A stretch of DNA of 64,000 nt, from positions 30,568,001 through 30,632,000 of the forward strand of contig OZ076409.1 in NCBI GenBank assembly GCA_964187785.1, given 5' to 3'. The notes beneath the pieces are model-generated. The model was not told where the DNA came from. It was given only the letters and a program-made list of their open reading frames with translations, and searched no databases. This DNA comes from Amphiscolops sp. MND2022. Taxonomy: Eukaryota. Each line of letters begins with the position of its first letter. The stretch's first letter is position 1. A program made the position numbers and the translations under genes. Below, piece by piece: positions 50,675 to 64,000 of this stretch.

Positions 50675-52185
50675 TGTAAGAAATAATTGACTTAAATAAA
50701 CACCAGTTGATAAGTTGGTGATATTCATCTATTGGAAGTCAACCTGATAGCTATCTTTGCTTAATCAATACCTTTGTAATTTTCATGCAGTATCTTCGTT
50801 AGGCAGTTTTTCGGAGGTGTTTTCTTTCTTATGGATGATGTGGAATAATAATGTGGTCCATCGAAGTCAAACAGTTACACAGATAACGTTGCAATATTAT
50901 GCTTTGATCTATAATTGTTAAATGACAAATATCGTGTGCACCACGTGGTATCTTGTTGATGTTTTACAGTCATAGCTTCGGTTTTTCCATTTAAATTGAC
51001 AATGCTTCGTTTATCAGTCTGTTGATGTGTGGTCCAATGATGGAGGTTATATTAAATATCTTTCATTGTTGAAAATTGATTACCTTGATTTAGGTTTCAT
51101 CAAATGTGTTTTGCTTTAATTGAATGTTTTGAATATCAGTCTTATATAAACGACTTCCATTGCCTCTTCAAGCAAAAGCTGCTTCGATGCCATGCAAGAG
51201 TATGTCCAGTCTGATAACACAGTGTTGAGCAGGAAAGTAATGGGCTTGTTGAAATTGAGACCTGACAGCAGGGTTACCACTTTGTCTCTTTCAAAAGACT
51301 TAGTATCTTTTTGGTCTCATTTTGAAAAGTGTCTTTTCGGAAGAGAGCTGGTCTCTTTTGATCTTTTATTCTTACCGACACGATTTTTCAATTTTTTTGT
51401 ATTTTAGAGATGGGTAAATGTAAAGCGACTGAGACGCTGTTGAGGCCTTTCGAAGGCCGGAAGTCGCCGAAGTGCTCTTCGTGCGGAACGAGATGCGCCA
51501 TCTACGTCATTTATCTGAATTTTATTTATATAAGGCTTGAATTGAATTCGAGTTTCGCTGTATATAACGTTTTTGAAGAGTCCTTAGGTCTACATCCGGT
51601 CTCTTTTTCCACAATAATAACTGGTCTTTTTCAAAATTAAATAGTGGTCAGTCTGCCTGACAATGGAATTCTATGTATGGTCCGCTCACTATATTTTAGA
51701 TTAAAATTGATCAAAGCGTTCAATTACTTCAGTTCATCAGAGCTGATAAAGACCTGAAGGCCCGTATTTCGTCTGCATCGGCCGCTGCTGAGATTTCTAG
51801 CTGTTTTGCCACTGTAGGAAAAATGCTCGTATTTCGGGCTTTTAGTCAACTAGAAACTGACTAAAACTACCTCATGAGGGTTTTTTTACTGAGCGCTAAA
51901 GTTGCATCACCGTTATTCCATGAAGCAAATACCGCGAATGGAAGCAGTGATTGCATCGGTTTGTCAACTGACGGCTGGTCAAACTACAGTGGGGAAATAA
52001 CAGAAAAGACCAACCATATTCAGAAAAATTCCGCGAGCCACATTAGAACAAAAAGTGATCTGAATTTTTAGGAGTCGGAAAAGTATATCGACTACTTATT
52101 AACTCGTACCTTTTTTCTCCCAACCTCTTGAAAAAGTTTTAATTCAAAAACCGCATACAATTTTTATAAAATTCAACTCATTCTA

Positions 52186-52932
52186 CAGTAGCGTTCTAAA
52201 ATATCGCAACTCCAATGCTTAAAATTGCAAATTCCAAATCCAAATTTCTTGAAAACTGTCACAAATACGAAAAAGTGTCAGCTAGGAAAGTTTCTTAGAA
52301 CTTTATCTAGTTTACAAAAATGTTTGTTTGAAATTTCTGCGACAAAAATTACAAAAGTTAGAAATTGGAAAATTTGACAAATTTTAATCAAATTTGTATT
52401 TTTTCTGGATTTTCACAAAGTTGAAAATATATTTTTGAAACATTTTCAGTCAATCATTTGCCCCAAATCTGAGGATGCTGATATAATTTGATCGGAAAAC
52501 TTTTTCGATTTCAAATAAAAATCAATTTTCTAAATACAATTCTTATAGCCTATCTTAATACATGTACTTCAGTGCTCATAGACACAAAATATAGTGTATT
52601 TTTCAGATTCGAAAAAAATCTCGATCAAAACAATTCAGTAGGTTCGGGAGATTTTAGGAAGTTTCCCAATGAAAAAAAAAAAAAAACTTTATTCTAAGTT
52701 ACTCAATTTTCGAAAAAACTCAAATTTCAATTAAAATTTACTAAAATTTGCAATTTCAAACTTTTTTGGTAACGGTCGTAGAAATTTCAAACAAACATTT
52801 TTGTAAACTAGATAAAATTCTAAGAAACTTTCCTAGCTGGCAAAATTTTGTATTCGTGACAGTTAATGAGATATTTGGTTTTGAATTTTGCCATTTTATG
52901 CTATGAGGTTGCGATATTTTAGAACGCTACTG
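52186..52932. mobile_element. Tc1/mariner-type MITE with long imperfect TIRs
   Basis: TA|CAGTAGCGTTCTAAAATATCGCAAC...GTTGCGATATTTTAGAACGCTACTG|TA, with ~170-bp inverted arms. Interrupts CATTCTA|CACCC of a family-B repeat. Confidence 0.88.
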
Positions 52933-53794
52933 TACACCCAATAGTGCTGTGTGCGCAATGACATCAAAGTATTATGACTGGGATCTGAGTAAGATAGCAT
53001 GAATTAGTCAAAAATCGACCAGATTTCTCAAACTGTCCAGAGCGTCCTATATGTGCCATGGCATCAAAATCGAATGATTGGGATCTAAAACATCCAAAAT
53101 TAGTCCAAAAATGACCAAATGACGTAATTTATTTTCCAATATTTTTATTCGTTTTCGGTTCTGGTTTTAAAACCCAGTCCATGTGGCAAATTAACACTGA
53201 GCAGCAGACTCTGAAGAGAAAGCAAAAGTTATGTCAAGATGCAGAGATTTATCGTTGAACGGTTTAATTATTAGAATTAGAGCGAACGATTTTTAAAAAA
53301 ATGCGGTAGATTCGAACACCACTAGCAACAGCTGTGCCTGTGGATGACTGTTTCTGACGAATTATCAGAACAAATACGGTGAACGTTTAATCAGGTGCGT
53401 TTTTTAGGAGTCGGAAAAAAATTTCGACTACTCATCCAATCGTGTCGTCTTTTTTTCTACACCCAAAGGGGCCCCTGCATGCTCAAAGGCATCAAAATCG
53501 TATGACTGGAATGTAAGAAACATGGCCAAAATTAGCCCAAAAACAGCCATTTTTCGACTTACGATTTTCTCAAACTTTCCATACGATTCAAACGAAATTT
53601 TTTAGTCATTCTACACCATATTAGAGTCCTATATGTGCAAAGGCATCAAAATCGTATGGCTGGGTGAGTGGGGGAATATCAGCCGCAAATGTCCAAATCG
53701 ATGCAAGAGCATATCATCCGCGATGATATTCCAATCGGTGCCTTTCAACTAAACAAATACAGACCATTTTCCAAACCTTCATAACAAAGCAACA

Positions 53795-54390
53795 TTATCG
53801 GACCCAAAACACAGCTAAACTTACGTTGTCCGCATTGTCTTTAGCATGTGGCAGCCCAGTACATCGGATGTACGGCTTTATCGACGGCCAAACTTCGATC
53901 AACTCGCCCAGTAAGTCACGTAAGTCACCGAAAGACACAGCCCCCTTCTGAATGCAACGACGCAAAACAATCGTGTCCTCCGTCCACTCCTCGTACAAAG
54001 CACTTTTCATACGACAGACGATGTACTCAATCAAGGTGACCAATTCCACCATGCCGAGCACATCTTGATGTGCCTGACGAAAGCACTGAAGGAAGCTGTC
54101 AGCATCAAACGTTTGGAAAACAACAAATTGGCGCGAATCACTGCGATTCTCACTCAGCACACGGAGCAACAACGGACTGCAACCACGAATAGCAACTGGC
54201 AGCGGTCCCGCTTCTACACTCCACAGCACTCTAGCGATAGGGATCAATTCAGTATCCGGGAATTTCTGATCCAGTGGCTAACTATCGATGCAGACCTTCT
54301 TCAAGTGCTCCTCTTCCCAATAAACAAGGTGGCAATATTCAATGCCGTCAGTCTTTACGAACTCCACGCTGTACTCACGGGACAATGACA
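53795..54390 (-). pseudogene. Unassigned ORF relic (~195 codons, one internal stop)
   Basis: ORF 53795-54247 extends upstream in frame past one TAG (SREYSVEFVKTDGIEYCHLVYWEEEHLKKVCIDS*). GC-richer than its flanks. Confidence 0.35.
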
Positions 54391-57300
54391 AATGGCCCAG
54401 AACTACACGAAGAACCCACGGAGCAAGGCCTTGACAAAGAAACGCCTGAAATGATTACCAACTAATTTGGCCCTAGCAGATAAATCAAAAGAAACAACAA
54501 TCTCGCAAGAACAAAATACCAAAGGACAGTAATAAAAGATCCCAACAGATATATAACAAAAACGGAAATGACAACCAGATTTCAGAAAGAAATCTAAAAG
54601 AAAAGGAATAATCAAAAAAAAAGTTACGTTTTGTGAACGTAACCACCAAAAAGAATAAAACAACGTTATCCTACGTATTTGGAAAAGATGTATATTCTTC
54701 AACTTCACTGCAAATCCAATTACGGCATTGACGGGAACAAAACGTTTCCAAAAACTCTACACATGAAATAAAATTCATCAAGAAGCTCTGGAGAAAGTTT
54801 TCAAAAGCCATCAGGAAAAGTTGATGACGTCATAACGACGTAGTTGAAGGAAACGAAGATTAAAACAAAAGTTTTCATTTTTTATCGACCAATCATAGTG
54901 AAGATGGAAGTTTATCACCTTTAAGAGGTCGGTGCGGACCGGAACGAAAACAGGAAAGCTAACCAATAAAACTTCAATGAAAATTACGATGAAAAAAACT
55001 AAAACGGTCATTTGTCGTCCAATTTCAATGGTAGCTTGACCAGCTTAACGTAAAACTTTCTAACACTATTCTTATACTCTCTAACTTTCTTGCAATCTAA
55101 GCATTTCTCTCCGATCTGAAGCACCTCGGAGATGAACGGATATTCGCTGGTAATAGACATCTCCTCTGATGAGGATAATGTTCGTCACACTACTCCCATC
55201 AAAACACTACACCCAAATATGATCGGGGCACTAAATATTAAGGGTTAATCAGTTGAAGCCTGGTGCGGCAGTGACCCGGAACTAAATTCGACCTTTGAAT
55301 CTGGCTGCTCTCTCAAAAGAATCAGATTGACTCCAAAGAAGAAAAAGTCACGTTTGAACTGCCACCTGCCACCAAAACTCAGAAAACTAACACAAACTCC
55401 GATACTGATAACTACTATGAAGAGCCGGACACACCCCGGGAACAATCTCCATTAAAGCCTTCCCAATCGGAGAACGTGCACGCAACGGAAAAAAATCAGC
55501 AAGGGAGTACCTAAACGATCTAGACGAACCATCAGCGGTCGAACTGGAGGCAATGCTAAATTTAAAACTGGACGAAAGAGACGTCTACATGTCAGTTGGA
55601 CGAGAGCGTGGACCACACATGATAAGAAACTACTCTAAGCAGCCCCCAATAAAGATTGTTAAAGAAATGCCTCATTGTCACGGCCTGCCCGTACTCCTCG
55701 CCACAAGAGGGGCCCTGTCACGACCCGCTCCCGGTCGTAGCTGTGATTGGTGTTCCGCAATTGGAAGAGGACGTGGCTGTGGGTATTGTAAATATCATTA
55801 AACTATTAAAACTATCTTTAAACTGTCCCATCCTACTTACAGTACAGCTGAAACATTTGTGGATAATTTTCTGAACACAAAATCTAACGTAAGCCTTACG
55901 GAATATTTTTGAAAACAATTTTAGATTAGTTAAAACTTCCGATCTAATGTTTTCACACGTAAAGCTATTCTCTATTTCCGGTTTCATCTTCCAACATTTC
56001 CATACTAAGCTAAATACAAAAACAAGAACATTTTCCAAATGGGATCTTTTTCTCATTCTCCACACTAAAACGAAACATTGAAAACAACATTTAACTCCGA
56101 GATCCCAACGGAGTTTTATACGATCTAAAATGAAAGGAACATATAAATAGTGTAGTGGAATTGTTTTTCAGTATCGACGTAGTTGTCAATATTCACTCAA
56201 GATTACCGTCAAGTAATTTAAGCGAATGTTTACAACGATATGACAGCGTCACTCAACTAGGCTAGTGATAGGTGTTTCTATTTTTACGGACCAATAGCGT
56301 CGTTCCTCAACTGAATCATTTGAGCCCCGGCTAATAGAATTGTACTTGGTTGCCGTAGCAACGCCAACTAGCTAGAAAAGAAAGAATGAATCGCCTACGC
56401 TTCTCCGCTTCCTCCCTGCATACCGCCTTCAACTAATCTTAATACGTACGGGGCAACTACGGAGCCAATTGTAAAATCGCATTCTGCTGTTCAGTCATAC
56501 CTAACCTTAACACGTACGGAGCATTTACGGAGCAAATTGTAAAATTGTAGCTCTAAAGTATTGGCTTAAACGAATTCCAAACGAGGTTTTTCTTGAATCA
56601 ATGCACCTAAAAGAATTTTGGACCTAAATATTCATACAATGAAGGCTGTACTGTAAGGGAGAATTAAGAACTGTGTTTCTAACACCAAAGATATTATGCC
56701 CGAATAATAATCTCATAGTAACGTTTACTTTACGTTGCACTAGGATCTTTTTTATGTTTAGTATCAATTAACCTATCACAGTGGTAATCTGCAATTTAAC
56801 AACCAATTCAGAACTCAACGTGAGGTCATTGTTATTTCTCTGTTTTCCAGCCGATAGTAATGGCTGTACTTGTACCAACAACAATTATGTCAATGATTGA
56901 AATGTGATTGTACCCTGATGAATCTTAAAGTTATTGTGTAAACGGTTGAAGTTAGTTTTCCATTCAGTACCTCAAATATGTTATATTCAAGTAATTTGCA
57001 GTGTTTATTGTCGTTGTTTTCCGTTAAAGTTTCGTTTTGGATTTAATTTTTGTTTCAATATGTATGATGTAGCATACCATTAACAGGTAACTCATGCGTT
57101 CAAATTTGGATTTATCGTTCCATCATCGTTTGTTCCTTTTACCAGCAGTTGGATATTTTTCTCCGTTTCTAAAGTTCTTTGCTCCGTTTCATTTCCGTTG
57201 CCATTTTTGCGAGTCAAACTTTTGCTTCGAATATCAGCTATCTAAGTTGGCAATTGACTAACTGATCACGCCGGCGTGCCTACGCTGATGAAAGTGTCAG

Positions 57301-57669
57301 CTAGACGTTCATTTTACCGCATTTCCGAAGCTCAGACAGGAAATGGAATTGCCTGAAGAAAAATGATTTCAACAAAGTCTTACGGAATAGCGACGTAACT
57401 AGAAATTTCGATACCTGATTTTACGACGCGAGACTGAAATAATTTGAATCCTTAGCGCTTTTTGATGAACAAACCCGATTTTTATGATACCTAGGAAATT
57501 TTAGGTGAGGGACAAATGATGCTAGAAAATTATAAATATGTAATGACATGTAAATTAGTGAGTCAATCTTGTAATCGTTTTGCTTTCAATTGTTCCGTTG
57601 TATCAACGAAATCTTTCTTTGACGAACTCACCAATTCCAAAGACTTTTTTTTTCTTCTCCGTTCTAAAA

Positions 57670-58620
57670 ATGACAACTAGAAGCCAAAATAGGAAAGCTG
57701 TATCTGAGCTAGTTCCTGAAGAATTTGAAGCTTCTGTAGCTGAGAATAACTCATCGAAAAGTCTAGTAGCTGGGCCTAGCAAAACTCTTCGAGTCGAACC
57801 TGAAAACTTAGATGAAATAAAAACATCTTTGAGAAAAGTAATCTTGTCTGATTTAACAAAGATGTTAGCTGAAAACCAAAAAGAAATGCTTAAACTGATA
57901 GCATTTTTGAGTAAAAAACGCCCAATCCGTCTAGGAGACCAAGATACTGATTCCGAGTCAGAAAACATCTCCGTAGCCAGAACGTCAACACCTGTAAAAA
58001 CAACAACTGTGACTAATTCCAAAACAATTCTTGATAAATAGTCGTAACAGTCAATCTCTTCAAACTCAGAGCGCTTAAAGAGACATTCCCGACATTCAAC
58101 ATTGCTTGATTGAACATCTTGAATGAACGTATAGAAATTGGTGTAGTTTGCCATATTTTTTCATGCAGAAGCATTGTGAGTTAATACCTGCTGATCGACA
58201 ACTTGAATCATCTGGGGCTTATCGATTTTTTTTCGGCCAACAACGATATTGGTTGACTTGCTATCGAAGTCACAATTTTCTGTGCAGGATGCTACTTTGC
58301 TTGCTATCTTCTTGCTCTGACTTTTACCGACATTTACATAGAATACTATACAGTAACAAAATAATACATACAGTATTTCTTTTGCCTTCGTCCTCGCGAA
58401 ATCCAATACGTTTCGGAAAAATTTATTGACGATTCGGACATAAGACACCTTGGTGTTTTACGTGTTTATCGCAGAGCTCTTTTATTTTTATCCAAAGCAT
58501 GAAAACACTATCTGTTCAGCAACGTCTGTCTACAGAACCAACTGAAAATCCGGAAGAAGCATTGCGTTTTGCAAGAGCATTGGAAAATGGAATGAAGAGA
58601 CAGAAAATTTTCGACAATCA
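57670..58620 (+). mobile_element. Fragments of LTR-retrotransposon gag-like sequences
   Basis: MTTRSQNRK.. coiled-coil ORF 57670-58041 ending near CGTAACA; IFIQSM...QQRL..E...EEALRFARALE at ~58485-58590. Confidence 0.4.
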
Positions 58621-59348
58621 GAAAAGTTAGACCACAAACGATAGACTGTGAATAAGGTTGTGGATTGGACTTTAAAGCAAATTCTTTGTAAGCCTGTAAG
58701 GCATAAGTCGAGTTACTAAGCCAGTGCAACACTAGAATAGGATTCACCCATGAAATTAGTCTTGTTACGTCTGTTGCTCGGTGTAGTTTTGGAACTAGTC
58801 GCATTTGTTTAGGACCGGCTATAAGGTTCTAAGGTTCATCGACGAAGTCAAAAAGGAGTAAAATCCAATGACAAATCTGAGAACAGGTATGATGAAAACG
58901 ACTCCAATAGAGATGCCAATGTTTTGTATTGCTGTATGCAGAAGGACGACAGTCTTTTTTACTTCCTGTTACAGCTAAGCAGTGTAACTTTCGCTTTGTT
59001 GGCGTGACGATCCGAAGTTGTCGAAATCGTGTTCGCTCAGTTCTGACTGTTCTGAGTCTTCCCTAGCTGGTCGATTGTGATTATTGAGTTTGAAATCTAG
59101 TTTCGAAGGATATCGCTTTATTTCCCTTCTATATAAAACTCCGAGGCTCCTGTGTAGTCCAACGGACTGTTGATCCATGTTTGATTATAATGTGATGCCA
59201 TGATGCATGTCCTCAAAGATTCTATAATCTTGAAATAGACCTGAACTCTCAACCCAAGTAATTAATGAATGTAATTCTATTTGAAAGCTAATTACCTCTG
59301 AAGAAACTTCACTTAATACATCGTGTGACAAGCTTCGCAGATCTATCC

Positions 59349-62300
59349 TGTTATTGTCATTTCTTATTAATGTAAATGATTATAACCCACCCTAGTTTGA
59401 TAGAGTATATCTACTCGGAGAAAATTAGAATCTAATCTGAAATACGGTCTTCCTCTTCAGTCGAACTAACTGAGATCTCAGAGAGATAAGACTTAGAAAT
59501 ACCTAGCTAAACTGACTTGAAATAAGACGACTTTGCTGTTAAATCTTAGACTTCTTATGTCTGTAATAAAACATCTAAAAGAAACAACACTCTACATTTT
59601 TAACAGCTCAAATGGTGCGACCAAGAAAATTCTTCTTTATCTCCCGCTCAATTCACAACTCTACAACTTTTGTTTCTCCACCTCTCAACATTGCCTACCG
59701 TTATTAATTTCAAACGTTGCAACCAATTTCTATAAGAAATTGATTCGTGTTGCTATGGTTCTGACTACGTCTTTCAACGTAATTCCTGTCAGTCACATTT
59801 CTTGGTTCTGACTGCGTTCTCCAACGTAATTCCTGTCAGTTACTTTTTCGTTCCAACCACATCTGAGTGAATTCGTGTTGGCATTTTCTCATTTCTCCGT
59901 TCCAATCGCAGATGGCGATACGTGTTGGCCTTTCTACAGTGCTATCCAGTGATTCCTGCTAGTAAAATACTTTGGTTCTAGTCGCTCGGATCAACTTTAA
60001 AGTTGGCAGACTTATATAATATACATACTCTTCAATCACAATATTTTAGTACATCTCTTTTCCATACTCTATATAGTACACTAACATATAAAACTCTTTC
60101 AAAACCAGTTAACGGATCCAAATATATAACAAATAATTGAACACCAACTTTTATAACTTAATTGAACCCCAACTTATATAACTTCAAATAATTGAACACA
60201 AACTTTTATAACATTCGAGTTTTCACATACTTGTACAAAATATCTTACACAATTTTATAACATAATCTTGATAGATTATCATTATACATGTCGCCTTCAG
60301 TAGATGATGTAGTTAAATCATTGTCTGCTTTTGGTTTTCTTTTGCACTCCTTGCTGGTCTTGCACTTTTCATTGACAAATTTCTAATACTTTTTATACCA
60401 AAATATTAAAATATTACTTTTCTATGTTAACAAGTATAATACTGCCTCTTTTTGGACTACTTAGAGTTTATCATACCTTTTGTACTCTCCTACAATATAT
60501 ATAAAACCCACTTCTTCTTTCCTTCTGTACAGTACTTACAATACTCCTACAGGTTATATTTATAGATCAAATCTTACCATATAACTCCCAATTTAATACA
60601 ATATATCTTCTGTTACAGTACATTTATCCCCTATGGCAATCCTACCAAACTGATTAATCCTTGCAACATATAATGCTTCCTCCTCCGTTTGTTTTATCTA
60701 CAGAAAAAAGACAAAACCGATCTTTTACACAAGATGTAACACCTTCTTTAAACTACATCATCTTTCAGAACACAAACCCACTTCCATTTAAAACAGAACC
60801 CCATACGATACATACTATTCCATTGGCAAGAGAACATTGTGATTCTTATCTATATTACATTCGATATAAAACACTTGAAATAACACAATCGCAAAACCCC
60901 TTTCAAGTTATTTTTAACCCAGTTAAAAGAATAAGTACTGGAACATACTATAGAACAATACATCCACATCCACAAAACATTACACTCTCTAATCCACAAA
61001 ACATTACACTCTCCATACAAGATGTTTTCTTTACTTACATGCAAAAACTTATTGAATTTAATGAATACCAAGGTGCACCACTCTATCTTCCTTCTCACTT
61101 AGAAGACCTGAAACACAAATTTGAATATTTTGAGGTCCCAGACCTTGAAACAAGAATTCAGAGACACGATAACCCTCATTATTGGTTACAACAAGATATA
61201 TTACAAGTGAAAAACTCCTAATACAGATTTTTTAACAGTATTACCCTTACTGACGACACTATTCTTGAAGTCAAAGTCTGCACTCAATTTTTATTAATGT
61301 TTTTCAGATTCAACTATCAACTGCTTTGGGAACAACAAGATCATTAAGCTTACATTCATTTTCCTCAAATACTAACACAAACTGAACTCTCACCGTACAT
61401 AATTAAAAATGAAAATAGACATTTACAATACAGAGATCCTACCTCATTTAACACCACTTATTTTGAACAGATCAATCTGGATCACAACTTTATAACTGAA
61501 TATTCTGAAACATCAGGTATCAGACCTTATATTACATCTACCATTTCCCCTGAAACAACCCCAGAAAAACAAACCTCTAATGTTGTACCTCAATATATTA
61601 GACAACATTCCGTACAATCAGATCAAGAAGACCTACCTAACTTTTTTCAAAATCCAGAACCTCACCAATTAAACCCACTATATCCACAATTACCACAAGC
61701 TTCTGATATACAACAATTGAATCCTTCTGAAACTGCTACAATACAAAATGCATCAGAATTCTCTGAAGAAACTGTACAACCTGTACAAAATACACAAAGT
61801 CTTACGATAACTAATGATTCAAATCTTATACGAGTTCCTACCCACAATATCACACAAGACGAAACTAATAACCAAAACCAAGACAACACTTCAAGTACAA
61901 CTCAAGATAACACCTCTGTTTTAGTTACATCTCATACTCATGTCACACAACCATCTCAAACACAAAGATCCCCTCGTCAAATTTATGACCCACCTTCTAT
62001 TCCACCTCAATTCTCAACTCAAATTCACACTCATAATTTTCCTCAACAAGGCTCTTCTAATACACAACACACTAATACATGCATTTTCAAACACCAACTC
62101 CACCATCACCTCCTGAAATACAAACTTCAACTTATACTCCAGCTCAAAGTAATCCAGTACAAAATGTACAAACTAGTTTAAATATTAACACTATTCATTC
62201 AAACCCACCTTTCAATTACACAACTTCTAGACATCTTTCTAGACCTCCGTTGCAACCCATATTAACTAATCCATTATCATACAATGTTACAAGCACAAAC

Positions 62301-64000
62301 TTGAGTCATACACAACAATCTTCGACAAACAATAACCGACCCAATTCCTTAAATACTTTTCCTCCTCCACAAACGTCTAATACAATCACACCTATAATAC
62401 AAAACTCACAATTCCAAATACCAAACCCTCCTTCAACAAATATTAGAACTAATCCCCACTTTCATAATACACCTACCACCTCTTTTACAAAAATTTCAAA
62501 TGTTCCTACATACACTACAGTACCACCAACTACAACATCTCAAAGTACCATTTCACAACCGACATATATAAACTCTTCTACTTCAATATGAGAACCTTTA
62601 AAACCTTTTGATGGCTTAGATCATACTTATATACCTGAAGAATTTTTACAACATATTGAAGCACGTGTCACGATTTTCTTAGGATTACAACCAACTTCTG
62701 AACATGAATATAAATTCTAGCACGCCCGTCGCATGGCTTTTATACAATGTTCCTTAACAGGCACGGCTCTTAGTTGGTACATTCGTTTAAATGATACTTA
62801 TAAACAAGATTGGCACGCTTTCGTACAAGCTTCCAAAAAACAATTCTCGTCTCAAAAGAACGCTTACTATGCTCAAGTTGAAGCCCTTAACCTCTCAAAA
62901 AAAGACAATGAAACGGTACGTCATTTTGCACTTAAAGTTCAACAGCTGGTTGAAAAAGGCAGGTGTAATGAGAATGCATCTACCATCAATCTCAAATGTA
63001 ATGAAATGTTTACAAAAGGACTCCCAAAAAACCTCAAAGACTTTGCAAGCAAAAGACAAGTAAAACACACTTCTACTGTCTTAGAAGCTTCTATTCCTTT
63101 TCATACATTAGTAAATTTTGTTGATGCTGAAGATATTGCAAATGACAAAATTAGAACACATGATCTTGCACTTGAAGTCAATAACATTACGAAACAATTA
63201 CACACCCAAATTCTTGAACCTTCATCACAAGAACAACTTGTGTTTACCCAACCAAAAGACCCAAATAACAAAAATAAAACTTGCATATAAAAAATATTGT
63301 TCATATTGTCACAGAACAAATCACTCCATCTCTGCTTGTTTCAAAAAAAAACGAGAGGATGAAGACAAACGAGATTCATAAGCTCGATCAAAGTCTCCAC
63401 AAAAATCATTTGTACAGTACTTCCGTTCCCCTTCTAATGAAAGAACAAAACATTATGATAATCGATATAGAAGTCGAAGTATCTCACGTAACAACTCTCA
63501 CAACAAGACCTATTCACAAAATTGATACCGTTCTACATCTAGAGATAGATTTAGCTATGACAAAAGTACTACTCCTCCACAATACTCTAGATCACGATAT
63601 GATACTTATAAACGCGATCCACGGTCTTATCGCTCTCCATCCAGATCTTCGTATAGATCTCCTTATAGACACAACTCTCGCCCTAGATATAGATCACGCT
63701 CCTATTAAAGAGACAATAATTTTACAAAATACACAAATTCATACAGACCACCCTTTAGACCAAGAGATTCTAGATTTTCTAGATCCCGTTCACACTCCAA
63801 TTCTAGAAACAAATCAAATCGATACAACCACAAGACCAATTTGAACCTATGAAATTTGAAGTACACATGTATCACCCAACGGCAATGGCAAATGCTGTTA
63901 CATCTACAAGTTGGTTTCATACTCTATATGTTCATACACCATCAAGTATAACAAAAAGAGATAACCCATCCAGACTTGAAATTGCATTCCTTTTAGATAT
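59349..64000 (+). mobile_element. 5' half of a Ty3/Gypsy LTR retrotransposon (LTR, PBS, long decayed gag, start of protease)
   Basis: Candidate LTR TGTTA...TAACA 59349-59605 with AATAAA; TGGTGCGACC PBS at 59613. Gag motifs PFDGLD..PEEFLQHIE, LTGTALSWY...W..F...KKQF; knuckle CSYCHRTNHSISAC; FLLD at the window end. Confidence 0.8.

Overview
AT-rich, transposon-dense animal genomic DNA with GT-AG introns; the species cannot be determined from the sequence. The only intact host gene I can reconstruct is an SRRM1/SRm160-like splicing coactivator (N-terminal PWI domain, long RS/K-rich tail) on the + strand, with 8 coding exons over 14857-50674 (~1166 aa). Its introns are inflated by two BEL/Pao retrotransposons, a ~6 kb higher-order satellite, a Polinton/Maverick derivative, and a 4.03 kb tandem duplication that copies exons 5-6. 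Upstream is a nest: a LINE split by a Gypsy element, which contains a Copia element and Helentron-like repeats. Downstream are MITEs, orphan ORF relics and the 5' half of another Gypsy. Main finding: both BEL/Pao elements have, downstream of integrase and in antisense, a decayed gene with JmjC-type Fe(II)/2-oxoglutarate oxygenase motifs (HxE/HxD...K...H). One lies entirely between the LTRs, and the two genes are very different from each other. This suggests a BEL/Pao lineage carrying its own JmjC enzyme, possibly for anti-silencing. All family assignments are by-eye motif recognition, not database results.
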